DNA of 64,000 nt from Thermodesulfobacteriota bacterium (GTDB taxonomy: Bacteria; Desulfobacterota_D; UBA1144; Nemesobacterales; Mycalebacteriaceae). The stretch covers positions 1 through 64,000 of the forward strand of contig CBDAQI010000010.1 of NCBI GenBank assembly GCA_965198945.1, read 5' to 3'. Positions 20,936-31,484 of this stretch are shown in pieces. The notes beneath the pieces were generated by a model that ran no database searches, was not told where the DNA came from, and saw only the letters and a list, made by a program, of their open reading frames with translations. A program made the position numbers and the translations under genes. Each line of letters begins with the position of its first letter. The first letter of the stretch is position 1.

Positions 20936-21868
20936 ATGCTTCCCGACACATTGACAAAACTTATCAAAAATATGGTTTCTGAAAACGGTTCTTCACTTCT
21001 TATTCAGAGAAGAGACGGCCACAGCTGGAAACAGATAACCTGGAAGGATTTTGAGAGCGACACGAGAAGCGTCGCCGCTTTTCTCACCGGTTCCGGCTTT
21101 GAAGCCGGAGACAGGGCATTTTTTGAATCGTGCGGAGGATATGGGGGGCTTGTGTCTGAAACGGCGGTCTTTATGCTCGGCGGCGTTGCCGTTTCGTGCC
21201 TGCCCGCTAACGGTTCAGCCTGCGCTTCGGTAAAAACAGCGTTTGCGGACAGCCGCGAGAGCGCTCTCAGGTTCATATCGGAAGGCGCGGAGACAGCGAT
21301 TTTTCATGCAAACAATGGGAGTTTCAAACCCGGAGATGCGGTTGTGGATTTCCGCGCGGCTCTCAAGTTCGGTTTTCTCAAAAGCAGGAAGATGACGGAC
21401 GAGCTTAATACGATTTTTTCCGCTGTTGCGCCGCACACGGCCGCGGTTGAGTTTCAAAACGGAAACGGCGACCCTCAGGCCCTTTCTCATAAGGGGCTTA
21501 TGGATATGCTCGGTTCCGGTCTTGAAAAAATTTCCGGTTCCATGAGAGCGGGCTCGCAGACCTTCAACCATCTTCCGCGTCCGGATATGTTTTCGCGCGT
21601 AGCGCGTTTTCTCTCTCTGTGCGTTTCCGCCCGTTCGGCGGCGGCGGAAAGCGAAGAAGATTTGTTTGAGGATATGGTTGAGGTTATGCCCACGGTGGCT
21701 TTTTTTGACTCGGTAACTCTTAGCGGAATTGCGCGCAAAATCTCAGATGAAGACGACAAATCCGCTTTCGGAGGACGGCTGTCTCATATTTTCACCGACC
21801 GGGCGCCGGAGGGTGAAACGGCTGAGTTTTATTCAAAAAACCGCGTTAAGGTATCGGAGATTTTTTAG
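20936..21868 (+). CDS. Truncated, degenerate AMP-binding (long-chain acyl-CoA synthetase-like) protein
   Basis: N-terminus WKQITWKDF...GFEAGDR resembles FadD-type ligases; P-loop degenerate, C-terminal domain absent. Confidence 0.6.
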   Translation: MLPDTLTKLIKNMVSENGSSLLIQRRDGHSWKQITWKDFESDTRSVAAFLTGSGFEAGDRAFFESCGGYGGLVSETAVFMLGGVAVSCLPANGSACASVKTAFADSRESALRFISEGAETAIFHANNGSFKPGDAVVDFRAALKFGFLKSRKMTDELNTIFSAVAPHTAAVEFQNGNGDPQALSHKGLMDMLGSGLEKISGSMRAGSQTFNHLPRPDMFSRVARFLSLCVSARSAAAESEEDLFEDMVEVMPTVAFFDSVTLSGIARKISDEDDKSAFGGRLSHIFTDRAPEGETAEFYSKNRVKVSEIF

Positions 21869-21907
21869 AGACTTGCTACGCCGCAGTGTATTATAGTCGC
21901 TTAAATA

Positions 21908-22510
21908 ATGATGAGTCCAAAAAACATTATCTGTTTATTTTTGCTTGCGTTTTTGTCAGTATTGCCTTCAAGCGGCTTTAGTGACGAGGCGGTTGAAAAT
22001 AAAAACAACAAACAGGGAGGAGAAACAATGTCAAAACAGTGGGACAGCCCGCCGGAGATGCGGATTGATTCGGCAAAAATCTATGTTGTGGAGATGAAGA
22101 CAAACAAAGGAGTCATCACCCTTGAGCTTTATCCCGAACATGCTCCGAAAACGGTCAATAATTTCGTTTTTCTCGCAAATGAGGGTTTTTACGACGGTGT
22201 TTCTTTTCACCGTGTGATACCGGATTTCGTGATACAGGGCGGCGACCCGTCCGGAACGGGTTCGGGCGGGCCCGGTTACAGGTTTGAGGACGAGACCGGA
22301 GGCAATCCGCTTGTTCATTCCGCCGGGGTGATTTCAATGGCAAACTCGGGGCCTGACACAAACGGAAGTCAGTTTTTCATCACGCATTCACCGCAGCCGC
22401 ATCTGAACGGCCGCCACACGGTTTTCGGAGGTGTGGTTGGGGGTATGGATGTGGTCAACTCAATAAAACAGGGTGATGTGATGGAAAAAGTTACTGCGAA
22501 AGAAAAATAA
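21908..22510 (+). CDS. Cyclophilin-type peptidyl-prolyl isomerase (signal-like N-terminus; alternative ATG near 22028)
   Basis: [44 protein letters not shown]. Confidence 0.96.
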   Translation: MMSPKNIICLFLLAFLSVLPSSGFSDEAVENKNNKQGGETMSKQWDSPPEMRIDSAKIYVVEMKTNKGVITLELYPEHAPKTVNNFVFLANEGFYDGVSFHRVIPDFVIQGGDPSGTGSGGPGYRFEDETGGNPLVHSAGVISMANSGPDTNGSQFFITHSPQPHLNGRHTVFGGVVGGMDVVNSIKQGDVMEKVTAKEK

Positions 22511-22596
22511 AGCATATTCGCCCCGCGTCAGACAAGAAGAAAATGTGGAGTTTTTGGCTTTTGCCGCGTTCCTTATTGGCAGTTTTTCTCTTCCTC

Positions 22597-22765
22597 CGTC
22601 ATTCCCGCTTTTGAGGGAATGACGGAAAAAGTCTCCCTCTCCATTTCCGTTTCTCTATTTCCATAGTCATTTCCGTTCCCGCCCCCCGTCCCCATCCCCG
22701 TTTTCAAGGAGACATGCTTTCATGAGGACAAGCTTTCACGGAGACATGCTTGCACGGCAATGACG
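22597..22765. repeat. Empty palindrome followed by a palindrome with three nested units
   Basis: gtcattcccgcttttgagggaatgac at ~22598; nested insert at ~22682-22748. Confidence 0.85.
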
Positions 22766-22992
22766 GGGAGGGAGCGGCAACACGGTCAAAAAAACCGGCG
22801 CGAAAATCAGTTGTGAAATCGGTGTTTTTACGTGTGTGCTAAAAACTCTTTGCCTGTGAAAAACTATCAATTAATCTAAAGAACCGGTGGTTGAATTATA
22901 TGGAGAAATCTTACGCGGTCGGGACTGCCAAAATTAAGGGAAGCAAAAAATCGTGTAAATAAAGATTTCAGAAAAAAATTTCTGGTGCAATA

Positions 22993-23358
22993 ATGGCAAA
23001 TTCTCTTCATGTTGAAAAAGTGAAAAAAGGCGTGGCGGAATGGAATCGCTGGAGGGCGGAAAATCCCGGTCTGACTCCCGACCTTTCTTGGGCAGACATA
23101 TCGGGAAAAGACCTTTCAGGCGCGGATTTTTCGGGCGCAAGTATGAAACTCGCTTTCTGCAAAGGCTGTGTTTTCAAAAATACGGATTTTTCGGGTGCAA
23201 ATCTTTACGGGGCAAATCTTGAAAAAACAGATCTTTCGGGCGCAAACATGAGAGACGCGAATCTTGAAGGCTCTCACCTGATAGGCGCAAATATTGATGA
23301 TGCGGACACCGGGGGAGCCAATATGCGTTTTGCAAAAAAAGAGGGTCATCAGTATTGA
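22993..23358 (+). CDS. Pentapeptide repeat protein
   Basis: WNRWRAENP..PDLS followed by A(D/N)LxG-type repeats. Confidence 0.92.
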   Translation: MANSLHVEKVKKGVAEWNRWRAENPGLTPDLSWADISGKDLSGADFSGASMKLAFCKGCVFKNTDFSGANLYGANLEKTDLSGANMRDANLEGSHLIGANIDDADTGGANMRFAKKEGHQY

Positions 23359-24512
23359 CCGGAAAACTCCTCTCATTTGAAGACATTACCCGTGAAAAAA
23401 TCTACGGCGTCAGTGAAATAAACACCCTTATCGGCGCCGCGATAAAAGAGGGCGCGGGCGGTTTTTTCTGGGTTGAGGGAGAGATAACCGATTTCAAAGC
23501 GCATCACAGCGGGCATCTTTATTTCACATTGCGTGATGAAAATAGCGAAATCCGCGCCGTCTGCTGGAGGCAGTCCGCGCTTAAAATCGGCTTTGTTCCG
23601 GAAAACGGAATGAAGGCTTTGTGCCGCTGCCAGACCGATTTTTATGAAAAGCGCGGCACGGTAAATCTCAATGTTATTACGATTGAACCCAGAGGCGCGG
23701 GAGCCGAAGCGCTCGCGCTCAGGCAGCTGCTCGCCAGACTTGAAGCCGAAGGCCTTTTCGCGCCCGGACGGAAAAAATCTCTGCCGCAAGTCGTTCGCAG
23801 AATCGGAGTTGTAACCTCTCCGGGCGGGGCGGCTCTTGCGGATATTGTAAAAGTGGCTCAAGTCAGATTTCCGAACGCTGAAATAACCGTTTCACCTTCT
23901 TCGGTTCAGGGCGCCGCCGCGCCTGTTGAAATCGCCTCCGCCCTTGAACGTTTGCGCGGAGCGGAAGTTGACGCAATCATAGTAGCGCGCGGCGGCGGGT
24001 CCGCCGAAGACCTCTCCGCGTTTAATACTGAAATTGTCGCAAGGGCGGTCGCTTCGTGCGCGGTTCCGGTAATATCCGCCGTAGGGCATGAGACCGACAC
24101 AACCGCCTCAGACCTTGCGGCCGATGCGAGGGCCGCCACCCCTTCGGCCGCCGTAGAAATGGCCGTTCCGGTGAAGGCGGACCTTATTGGCGGTCTCTCT
24201 GAGATGAAAAATCGTCTCGGCATTGCGCTGCGGCGCGCCGTTTCTCTTGCGGCTATGGAGCTTGACGGGGCTTCCGATTTGCTCACCCGCGCTGCCCGCT
24301 TGCGGGTTTCAGAAGCTGGGAAAGAGGTTTCCTTTCTTGCTGCACGTCTTGACGGGATGAGCCCGCTTGCCGTTCTGGCACGCGGATATTCGGTTGTCTA
24401 TGGGGCGGATAAAAAGCCCGTTACCGATTCCGCCGTCCTGAAAAAGGGCGACAAACTGAAAATCATGTTTTCAAAAGGCGGCGCGAAGGTTGAGGTCAGC
24501 GAAACGGACTAG
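23355..24512 (+). CDS. xseA: Exodeoxyribonuclease VII large subunit
   Basis: SGHLYFTL, RGGGSAEDL, SAVGHETD, TPSAA, LARGYSV. Confidence 0.96.
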   Translation: MTGKLLSFEDITREKIYGVSEINTLIGAAIKEGAGGFFWVEGEITDFKAHHSGHLYFTLRDENSEIRAVCWRQSALKIGFVPENGMKALCRCQTDFYEKRGTVNLNVITIEPRGAGAEALALRQLLARLEAEGLFAPGRKKSLPQVVRRIGVVTSPGGAALADIVKVAQVRFPNAEITVSPSSVQGAAAPVEIASALERLRGAEVDAIIVARGGGSAEDLSAFNTEIVARAVASCAVPVISAVGHETDTTASDLAADARAATPSAAVEMAVPVKADLIGGLSEMKNRLGIALRRAVSLAAMELDGASDLLTRAARLRVSEAGKEVSFLAARLDGMSPLAVLARGYSVVYGADKKPVTDSAVLKKGDKLKIMFSKGGAKVEVSETD

Positions 24513-24524
24513 GCCATTTTTTCC

Positions 24525-24742
24525 CGTCATTCCCGCAAAAGCGGGAATCCAGTATAGCAAAGAGAATGCCTTTAACTTCCGGATTTCATTTCTGTTTTCT
24601 AAGGTCGTGCGGCTTCCGCGAGACGCCACTGACAGTCCCCTTTGGTGTGAATACGAATACTGGATTCCCGTTTACACGGGAATGACAAGAGAGGGAAAGG
24701 GAATGACGAGAGAGGGAACGGGAATGACGGGGGAAGGGAAAT
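24525..24742. repeat. ~165-bp composite element with two inverted empty palindromes, followed by three ~21-bp gggaatgac tail repeats
   Basis: cgtcattcccgcaaaagcgggaatcc ... ggattcccgtttacacgggaatgac; spacer similar to 17881-17990. Confidence 0.88.
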
Positions 24743-24789
24743 AACAGTAAGGTGAGGGCGGTGATAAATTGTTCCCTATCTCATCCGTT

Positions 24790-26277
24790 TCATTTCTTCT
24801 GCGCCAGCCTTTCAAGCGCGGGCTTTACCAAAAGCGGATGAACCTTTGCGACTTCGTCGGTGAGTTTTTTAACCGTCTGTTTGATGTCCCACTGCGCCCC
24901 TTCGGACATTCTCAGGTTTATGAGGTGGTATAACTCCCAAAGACTAAAATTTCCCCTGACCGTTCTGTTGTGCGCGTTGGTAACCGCATAGGCGGCCGCC
25001 TGCGGAAAGCCCGCGTCTGCGAGCTCCTCAAAAAGCCGCCCGCCGAGACTGACCGCCTCCATAAGAAGCCCCTCAGCCCCCGCATTTTTGATGTTCGGCG
25101 GAACCGTTACGCCCGAAGAAACGGACGGCTCCGCGGCAAACCATTCAACCTTTCTGTGCCGCAGAAGCTGGTGCCAGCAGGCCTCGCTGATAACAAAATC
25201 CGCCGAATAACCCACAAGTTTGAGCGCGTTGTGCGGATTGTCATATACGCCGAGACCCTCAATCGCCGACAGGAAAATGCGCTCTGACTGCACTGGGGAA
25301 AGTTTTTCGGCGCCGCCGGGAAATCCGGACTCACAGGCGAGACCTCCTGTGATTTTACCGAGCGCTGACGCTTGAGGGTCGCTCTTGTCCGCTCCCGTCC
25401 ACTCCGCAAGACGGACGAAAGGCGGCTGCGGCGGAGAACAGTCGGACTGGTCGGGGAATTTCTGAGAAAAAATCTCTCCGAGACTTTTACGCCTCTGCGT
25501 TATGTGAGGGTTTTCCGAAGCGTATTTAACAAGCGTGGGAACACCGAAACGCGCCTCATGTTTCATCTCCTCAGCCCGAATTCGCGCCTCGGCATACTGA
25601 GAGGAAAGCAGTTCCACAAGGCAGTCTTCAACGGCGCGCGCGTTTGCCGTCATCCCAAGGCTTGTCATTGCGGAAAGGTTCAGCGCGTAGCGCGCGTCTT
25701 CAAAAGCGATTTTTTCAAGCGCATTTTCACTTGTGTCAGGATTTGTTTTTTTGAGAAACCGGAAAATTTCCGCATTCAGTTTTTCATATGTGTCATACTG
25801 CGAGTCGCAAACAAACAAAAACCGGTCCGCCAGCTTCGGTGAATCTGCTATTTCAGGCGGCACAACAAAATCTCCTCTTCGCGGCTTCTGATATCTCTGT
25901 GAGTATTCGGTGAATGAAAGGTGCTCACCACAGAGCTCAAGTATTGAAGAGAAAAGACGTGAAACTCTCTCAATGCCGAGATGGACGGCCGCATGTTCGG
26001 CAACCGAAGCGTGTCCGTAGTTCAGAACCCATTTCTCGTGAAATTTCTGTGCCCTGTCTCTACCGCGCATCTCTTCTTCAAGAACGGTCGCTATGTTTTC
26101 TTTGAAGCTCTTGGGGCTTCTGCTCACATATGCGAAAATGACCGCCACAACTTCTTCGGGCAGCCCCGAAACGGCATATATGTCGCCTTCGGGATTTGAA
26201 ATGTGCTGCGCTATTGAGTTTTTTTCAGTTTCTTTGTTCTTATTCATTTGAAAGTTTTCCGTTATTTCCGTCACCAT
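24790..26277 (-). CDS. thyX: FAD-dependent thymidylate synthase, long two-domain form
   Basis: YGHASVAEHA, SFTEYSQRY, FEDARY, QLLRHR, LRMSEGAQWDI. Confidence 0.8.
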   Translation of the reverse strand: MVTEITENFQMNKNKETEKNSIAQHISNPEGDIYAVSGLPEEVVAVIFAYVSRSPKSFKENIATVLEEEMRGRDRAQKFHEKWVLNYGHASVAEHAAVHLGIERVSRLFSSILELCGEHLSFTEYSQRYQKPRRGDFVVPPEIADSPKLADRFLFVCDSQYDTYEKLNAEIFRFLKKTNPDTSENALEKIAFEDARYALNLSAMTSLGMTANARAVEDCLVELLSSQYAEARIRAEEMKHEARFGVPTLVKYASENPHITQRRKSLGEIFSQKFPDQSDCSPPQPPFVRLAEWTGADKSDPQASALGKITGGLACESGFPGGAEKLSPVQSERIFLSAIEGLGVYDNPHNALKLVGYSADFVISEACWHQLLRHRKVEWFAAEPSVSSGVTVPPNIKNAGAEGLLMEAVSLGGRLFEELADAGFPQAAAYAVTNAHNRTVRGNFSLWELYHLINLRMSEGAQWDIKQTVKKLTDEVAKVHPLLVKPALERLAQKK

Positions 26278-26404
26278 TCAGGTCATTTTTGTACAAGCAT
26301 ATCCGAATGCAAAAGGTAATGGAGACGGAGGTTCAGTATAAACCAAACAGACGAACCGGGAAAACTTTATTCCATGAAAGCCGGATTCCCGTCCATCGCC
26401 ATTC

Positions 26405-26590
26405 CACCGGAAAGAACAATCCGGTATTCACGGCAATCACAATTACCCGCAACTATCTGACGGAAACCTCAAAACCATAGAAACAAAAATGAAGTCCGGG
26501 GCGTCAAAACAGACTCCTTTCCATGCCGGATTCCCGCACCCGTCCCCACCCCCGTTTTCACGGGGACAAGCTTTCACGAGAATGACGGGG
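26405..26590. repeat. Degenerate composite palindromic element
   Basis: ggattcccg-cacccg-tcccca-cccccg-ttttcacggggacaag-ctttcacgagaatgacg at 26528-26587. Confidence 0.75.
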
Positions 26591-26806
26591 GAAAAGTGGA
26601 ATGACGGAAAGACAAATAGATATCTTTTTCCGGATTAAGCGGCATAATATCAGGTTTCATTGCAAGTCAGGTATTGTTTATTCAGAAACTGCAAAGGCAA
26701 AAAGCAAGCAAAAGAATTTGTGAAGGGGAATATACGGCGGACTGCAACCGTTGGGAAACCCGCTCAACAAATGGAATCCGCAACGCCGGACCACCGCCGC
26801 GGTGAT

Positions 26807-27172
26807 ATGAAAAAACACGAAAAATTTAACTATGTTGAGTTTCCCTCAAAGAATCTTTCGGCGACCAAAGACTTTTTTGCCGAGGCCTTCGGCTGGAAGT
26901 TCAAGGATTACGGAGGCGAATACACGGCGTTTTCAAACGAGGGTCTGGACGGCGGATTTTTCAAATCGGAGATGTGCTCATCAACCGGCAGCGGGGGAGC
27001 GCTGCTTGTTTTCTACAGCGAAAATTTGGAAAAGACCATGGAAAAAATTCTGCGGGCCGGCGGCTACATCGTAAAACCCGTCTTTTCATTTCCCGGCGGC
27101 CGCCGGTTTCATTTCACAGAACCGGGCGGCAACGAGTTCGCAGTGTGGTCTGATATTGGCGGCAAGAAATAA
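26807..27172 (+). CDS. VOC/glyoxalase-family protein
   Basis: NYVEFP, FFAEAFGWKF, FPGGRRFHFTEPGGNEFAVWS; ATG at 26807. Confidence 0.9.
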   Translation: MKKHEKFNYVEFPSKNLSATKDFFAEAFGWKFKDYGGEYTAFSNEGLDGGFFKSEMCSSTGSGGALLVFYSENLEKTMEKILRAGGYIVKPVFSFPGGRRFHFTEPGGNEFAVWSDIGGKK

Positions 27173-27264
27173 TCCGGAAAATCAGAAACGCAAAAACAAA
27201 CCGCGCGGAGCCGGATTGTTGTCCGGCTCCCTTCACGGAACTTATTCTTCTGTCTTAAGAGAAA

Positions 27265-27588
27265 TCAGATTTTTCCCTGAAGCAGGAAAGCGATGAGAAG
27301 CGCGTAAATGACGAGCGACTCAATAAGAGCGAGACCGATGATCATCGGTGTCTGTATCTTTGACGCGGCTCCGGGGTTTCTTGCAATTCCTTCAAGCGCC
27401 GCCGCCGTGGCCCGTCCCTGACCGAGACCGGCTATCGCCGCCGCTATCCCGATTCCGAGACCCGCACCGAGCCCTATGCCCATTTTGGCAAGGTCTCCGG
27501 TTCCGCTCGCAGCCGCGGCCGCATCCGGGGCGAAAGAAAAAACACCGGCAACCAAAGCACCGGCAACCACCAAAACAAACCTTTTCAT
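27265..27588 (-). CDS. atpE: ATP synthase F0 subunit c
   Basis: GxGxG motif, ARNP loop, [11 protein letters not shown]. Confidence 0.96.
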   Translation of the reverse strand: MKRFVLVVAGALVAGVFSFAPDAAAAASGTGDLAKMGIGLGAGLGIGIAAAIAGLGQGRATAAALEGIARNPGAASKIQTPMIIGLALIESLVIYALLIAFLLQGKI

Positions 27589-27636
27589 CTTATTTCCTCC
27601 TTATGTAAGGTTTTTGTTTGTAAATATCCAAAATCT

Positions 27637-28323
27637 TTAGTGATGTGACTCCGCAAGTCCGATATAGATGGCGGAAAGCACCGTAAATATAAACGCCTGA
27701 AGAAAACTGACAAATATGCCGAGCCCTATAAAAATTGCGGGCACGATGAAATGGGTCAGATTCGTAAAAACACCCATAACCATATGGTCTCCGGTTATGT
27801 TCATAAAAAGACGCAAGGAAAGCGAAACCGGCCGCACTACGTGGCTGACAATCTCAATGATCAGCATAAGCGGAGCGAGAAACGCAACGGGACCGAGAAA
27901 CTGCCTTATGTAACCCGCGCCGTGAGCGCGAAAACCGTAGAAGTTATAAACCAGAAAAATAAGTATCCCGAACGCCAGAGTTGTGTTGAGCACTCCAGTC
28001 GGCGGCAGGAAGCCCGGCACCACTCCGAGCAGATTACAGAAAAGAATGAAGAAAAACGAGCCCGCAAGCAGGGGAAAATACATCTTCGCTTTTTCACGCG
28101 AGCCGAGAATGTTTGTGAGCATTGAGAGAAGAAAATCTATCCCCATCAACTCCACAAAGTTTCTGAAAGACACCTTTTCAGAAGGAAGGTCGGAAGTGTC
28201 CGATGCAATGCTCTTCTTGAAACGCACACCCGCAACCACAAGCAGGGCAAGAACAAGAAGCACCCCCATTATGTGGTCAAAGTCCCCAAGCCCCAGCAAT
28301 GAAAACCAACTAAAATGTTCCAC
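27637..28323 (-). CDS. atpB: ATP synthase F0 subunit a
   Basis: RPVSLSLRLFMNI, LQAFIFTVLS. Confidence 0.96.
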   Translation of the reverse strand: MEHFSWFSLLGLGDFDHIMGVLLVLALLVVAGVRFKKSIASDTSDLPSEKVSFRNFVELMGIDFLLSMLTNILGSREKAKMYFPLLAGSFFFILFCNLLGVVPGFLPPTGVLNTTLAFGILIFLVYNFYGFRAHGAGYIRQFLGPVAFLAPLMLIIEIVSHVVRPVSLSLRLFMNITGDHMVMGVFTNLTHFIVPAIFIGLGIFVSFLQAFIFTVLSAIYIGLAESHH

Positions 28324-28672
28324 TTTTTCCCAAAAGACCGGCGGCGATTATTCCGGCCACACCGGCGGTCAAGCCCGTAGTAAATCCTAAAATATCCAAT
28401 CTTGCAAACAAAATCAGAAAAACGGCAATTCCGACAAGCAGTGCTATCTTGAAAATGAACAGGACAGCAACACGCCAGACCGGCATTTTACCCTCCCGGC
28501 CGCGACCGGTAAACACTGAAACTATAAGCCGCAAAGCCGCGACATCGGCCGCGAACAAAATCCCGGCACAAACCGCGGCGACCGCAAAACCGACGCCGAA
28601 AAATGCCAACCCGAAAAGCGCGGCCACCGATGAGAATCCCAGCACAAACAGTTCAGGCCCGCGGTCTTTCAT
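28310..28672 (-). CDS. atpI: ATP synthase protein I-like membrane protein
   Basis: Four hydrophobic helices, directly upstream of atpB. Confidence 0.7.
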   Translation of the reverse strand: MKDRGPELFVLGFSSVAALFGLAFFGVGFAVAAVCAGILFAADVAALRLIVSVFTGRGREGKMPVWRVAVLFIFKIALLVGIAVFLILFARLDILGFTTGLTAGVAGIIAAGLLGKSGTF

Positions 28673-28863
28673 CCGAACCTCCCGAGCGTTCTGAAAAGCA
28701 GGAGCATTCCGCCTATTGTTCCCAGAATCAATCCGGCGACAGTCATATACGGCGTCCGGCTGCCGAACTTTGTGTCAAGAAAATCGCCCGCAAGAAGTCC
28801 GGCGGCCACCGAAGCCGCGACCTCAATCCCCACAACCGCAAAAATCATCCAACTGTTCTTCAA
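28669..28863 (-). CDS. AtpZ/AtpI-family small membrane protein
   Basis: GDFLDTKFGSRTPY motif between two TM helices, upstream of atp genes. Confidence 0.8.
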   Translation of the reverse strand: MKNSWMIFAVVGIEVAASVAAGLLAGDFLDTKFGSRTPYMTVAGLILGTIGGMLLLFRTLGRFG

Positions 28864-30182
28864 CGCCCCTCCCCCATGCAGACCTCCAGCGCGCGGTCAA
28901 CCGCTTTCAGGGTTTTTTTAATATCTCTTTCCGTATGAGCCGTTGACACAAACGCCGCCTCAAACTGAGACGGTGGAAAAAGAATTCCATGTGAGCGCAG
29001 GGCGGAATGGAAAACACCGAACATCTTAGTGTCACAGGTAAGAGCGGATTCATAGTCAGTAACGGGTTTGGAAGAGAAAAAGACTGTCAACATTGAGCCC
29101 GCACGGTTGACCGTAACCGGAGCCCCCGTGCGGCGCACCGATGCGTTTATGCCTTTCTCAAGAAGCGCCGCAAGCCGCTCAATCTTCGCCCGTCCGCGCT
29201 CTCCGGCCGCTTTGATGGTGGCAATGCCCGCCGAAACCGCAACCGGATTTCCCGAAAGAGTTCCTGCCTGATAAACGGGACCAAGGGGCGAGACCATGTC
29301 CATAATTTCCGCCCGTGCGCCGTATCCCCCCACCGGGAAACCGCCTCCGATAACTTTACCGAGACAGGTTATGTCCGGAATCACGCGAAAAAGTCCCTGC
29401 GCCCCGCAGCCCGCAGAGCCTTTTCCCCAAAGGCGAAATCCCGTTATGACCTCGTCAAAAATCAGAAGCGACCCGTGCTCGCGCGTGATTTTTCTCAGAC
29501 CCTCAAGAAAACCCCGAACCGGCCGCACAACCCCCATGTTTCCCGCAACAGGCTCAACAAGCACGGCGGCGATTTTGCCTCCGGCGCGGGCGAAAAGTTT
29601 TTTCACCGATTCAATGTCGTTGTATTTCGCCGTGAGGGTTTTGGACACAAAAGATTTGGGCACGCCCGCGCTGCCCGGATGCCCGAAAGTGGTGGCTCCG
29701 GAGCCCGCCTTTACGAGAAGAAAATCCGCGTGTCCGTGATAGCAACCGTCAAACTTTACAATCAGGTCGCGTCCGGTAAACGCCCTGGCAACGCGCACCG
29801 CACTCATCAGGGCTTCCGTTCCCGAATTTGTCATTCTGATTTTTTCAACCGATTTGAAAGACTTTCGCACAGTTTCCGCAAGCTCAATCTCGGCTTCGCA
29901 CGATACTCCGTAGCTTGTTCCCGCACGCACGGCCGCGTCCGCCGCCTTCAAAACCGAAGGGTGCGCATGGCCCGCAATCAGAGCGCCCCATGAGTTAATG
30001 TAGTCCGTATAGCGATTGCCGTCTGCGTCATAGACAAAAGCCCCGGAAGCTTTTGAAATAAAAAGAGGCGACCCCCCGACCGCGCCGAAAGAGCGCACGG
30101 GGCTGTTCACACCGCCGACGAGAAGACCCTTGGCGCGATTGAAAAGTGCGGATGATTTTGCGTTTTTCAGTTCCTTTTTCAC
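28860..30182 (-). CDS. hemL: Glutamate-1-semialdehyde 2,1-aminomutase
   Basis: GGVNSPVR, NSGTEA, FDEVITGFR, GKVIGGGFPVG, YQAGTLSGNP, PSQFEA. Confidence 0.97.
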   Translation of the reverse strand: MKKELKNAKSSALFNRAKGLLVGGVNSPVRSFGAVGGSPLFISKASGAFVYDADGNRYTDYINSWGALIAGHAHPSVLKAADAAVRAGTSYGVSCEAEIELAETVRKSFKSVEKIRMTNSGTEALMSAVRVARAFTGRDLIVKFDGCYHGHADFLLVKAGSGATTFGHPGSAGVPKSFVSKTLTAKYNDIESVKKLFARAGGKIAAVLVEPVAGNMGVVRPVRGFLEGLRKITREHGSLLIFDEVITGFRLWGKGSAGCGAQGLFRVIPDITCLGKVIGGGFPVGGYGARAEIMDMVSPLGPVYQAGTLSGNPVAVSAGIATIKAAGERGRAKIERLAALLEKGINASVRRTGAPVTVNRAGSMLTVFFSSKPVTDYESALTCDTKMFGVFHSALRSHGILFPPSQFEAAFVSTAHTERDIKKTLKAVDRALEVCMGEGR

Positions 30183-30278
30183 CGTTCGCGGGTCTGCTGG
30201 ACGCAGAGCACGGCAGGATAGTATAAGAGCGGGCGGGGTTTTTCAATTATGAGCCCTGACGGTTTATAATTTAGGATC

Positions 30279-31484
30279 GTGATGCAAAACAATCCGCAAA
30301 CCGACGGACGGCCGAAGTTTGCCGCCATAGGTGTATTCTGCGAATCCGGGGGCTGGGCACTGCCCGACGGCGCGAAGAGTGTGGTGAGAGAAGCGCGGGT
30401 TTTTTCGGGCGCAAAACGGCATTTTGAAAAAGTGCGGCGGTTTATGCCGGCAAACTCCGAATGGATAGACATAGACGGAGACATTGAAAAAACTCTGCGC
30501 GTTTACGACAACCGCATTGAGCGCGGCGCGGGAACCATTGTGATTTTCGCTTCGGGAGACCCGCTTTTCTACGGTATAGGTTCAACCCTCCTGCGACTGC
30601 GCCCCGGGTGCGCGCTTGAAGTTTTTGCGGCTCCGAACAGCATACAGACCCTTTGCCGCAAAGCGGTTATTCCCTACGGAAACATAATCTGCGCCTCGGT
30701 CCACGGAAGAGACTGGCACGAACTTGACAGAGCTCTGATTGGCGGAGGGGAACTCATAGGGCTTCTGACCGATTCGTTAAAATCTCCGCGTGAGGCGGCA
30801 AGGCGCATGGTTGAATACGGCTTTGAGCAATACGGCTGCGTAGTCGGGGAAAATCTCGGAGAAAAAGACGAAAAAGTAAGTTTTCTTTCTCTGAGAGAGG
30901 CTGCGGAGTCTGTTTTCAGGCAGCCATGCACGGTTATTTTTGAAAGAAAAGGGAAAAAAATCCGTCCGGGCGCACAATTTGAAACGCTTGAACAAAAACC
31001 CGGAATGATAACAAAACCGCTTGCGCGGGCATATGCCCTTTCGCGTCTGGAACTGGGAACCGCCGAGCATTTCTGGGACATAGGATTCTGCACCGGCTCG
31101 GTTTCGGTGGAGGCGCGGCGGGGTTTTTGCGGACTGCGCGTTACGGCGTTTGAAAAAAATCCGCTTTGCAAAAAACTGATTGAAATAAATTCAAAAAGGT
31201 TTTTCGCTCCAGGAATAAAAATCGTCATGGGAGATTTTTTTGAATCCGCGCCGGAAAAACTTCCCACGCCCGATTCCGTTTTCATAGGCGGGCACGGGGG
31301 GCGGCTCGGAGACATGATGAAAATTCTCGGAAGAACCGTCCGCACGGGCGGAAGAATAGTTCTCAACAGCGTTACGGGGAAAAGCGGAAACATTTTCCGC
31401 GAGCGGGCGGAGAAAAACGGTTTTCAAATTGAAGACCCGGCGGTCGCCGGAAGTATTGAGATTTTAAGCGCGGTGAAATTATGA
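30279..31484 (+). CDS. cbiET: Bifunctional precorrin-6Y C5,15-methyltransferase (CbiET/CobL)
   Basis: ASGDPLFYGIG, SVHGR, GMITK, WDIGFCTGSVSVE, FIGGHGG. Confidence 0.9.
   Translation: MMQNNPQTDGRPKFAAIGVFCESGGWALPDGAKSVVREARVFSGAKRHFEKVRRFMPANSEWIDIDGDIEKTLRVYDNRIERGAGTIVIFASGDPLFYGIGSTLLRLRPGCALEVFAAPNSIQTLCRKAVIPYGNIICASVHGRDWHELDRALIGGGELIGLLTDSLKSPREAARRMVEYGFEQYGCVVGENLGEKDEKVSFLSLREAAESVFRQPCTVIFERKGKKIRPGAQFETLEQKPGMITKPLARAYALSRLELGTAEHFWDIGFCTGSVSVEARRGFCGLRVTAFEKNPLCKKLIEINSKRFFAPGIKIVMGDFFESAPEKLPTPDSVFIGGHGGRLGDMMKILGRTVRTGGRIVLNSVTGKSGNIFRERAEKNGFQIEDPAVAGSIEILSAVKL

Noticed and set aside
22899..22961. 20-codon ORF upstream of the pentapeptide gene
   Set aside because: No clear RBS or recognisable features; likely chance.
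27265..28863. F0 genes separated from F1, and an N-terminal extension on subunit c
   Set aside because: Both are common in Deltaproteobacteria-like lineages.
30183..30278. Cobalamin riboswitch before the cbi operon
   Set aside because: The region is too short and no B12-box was recognised.
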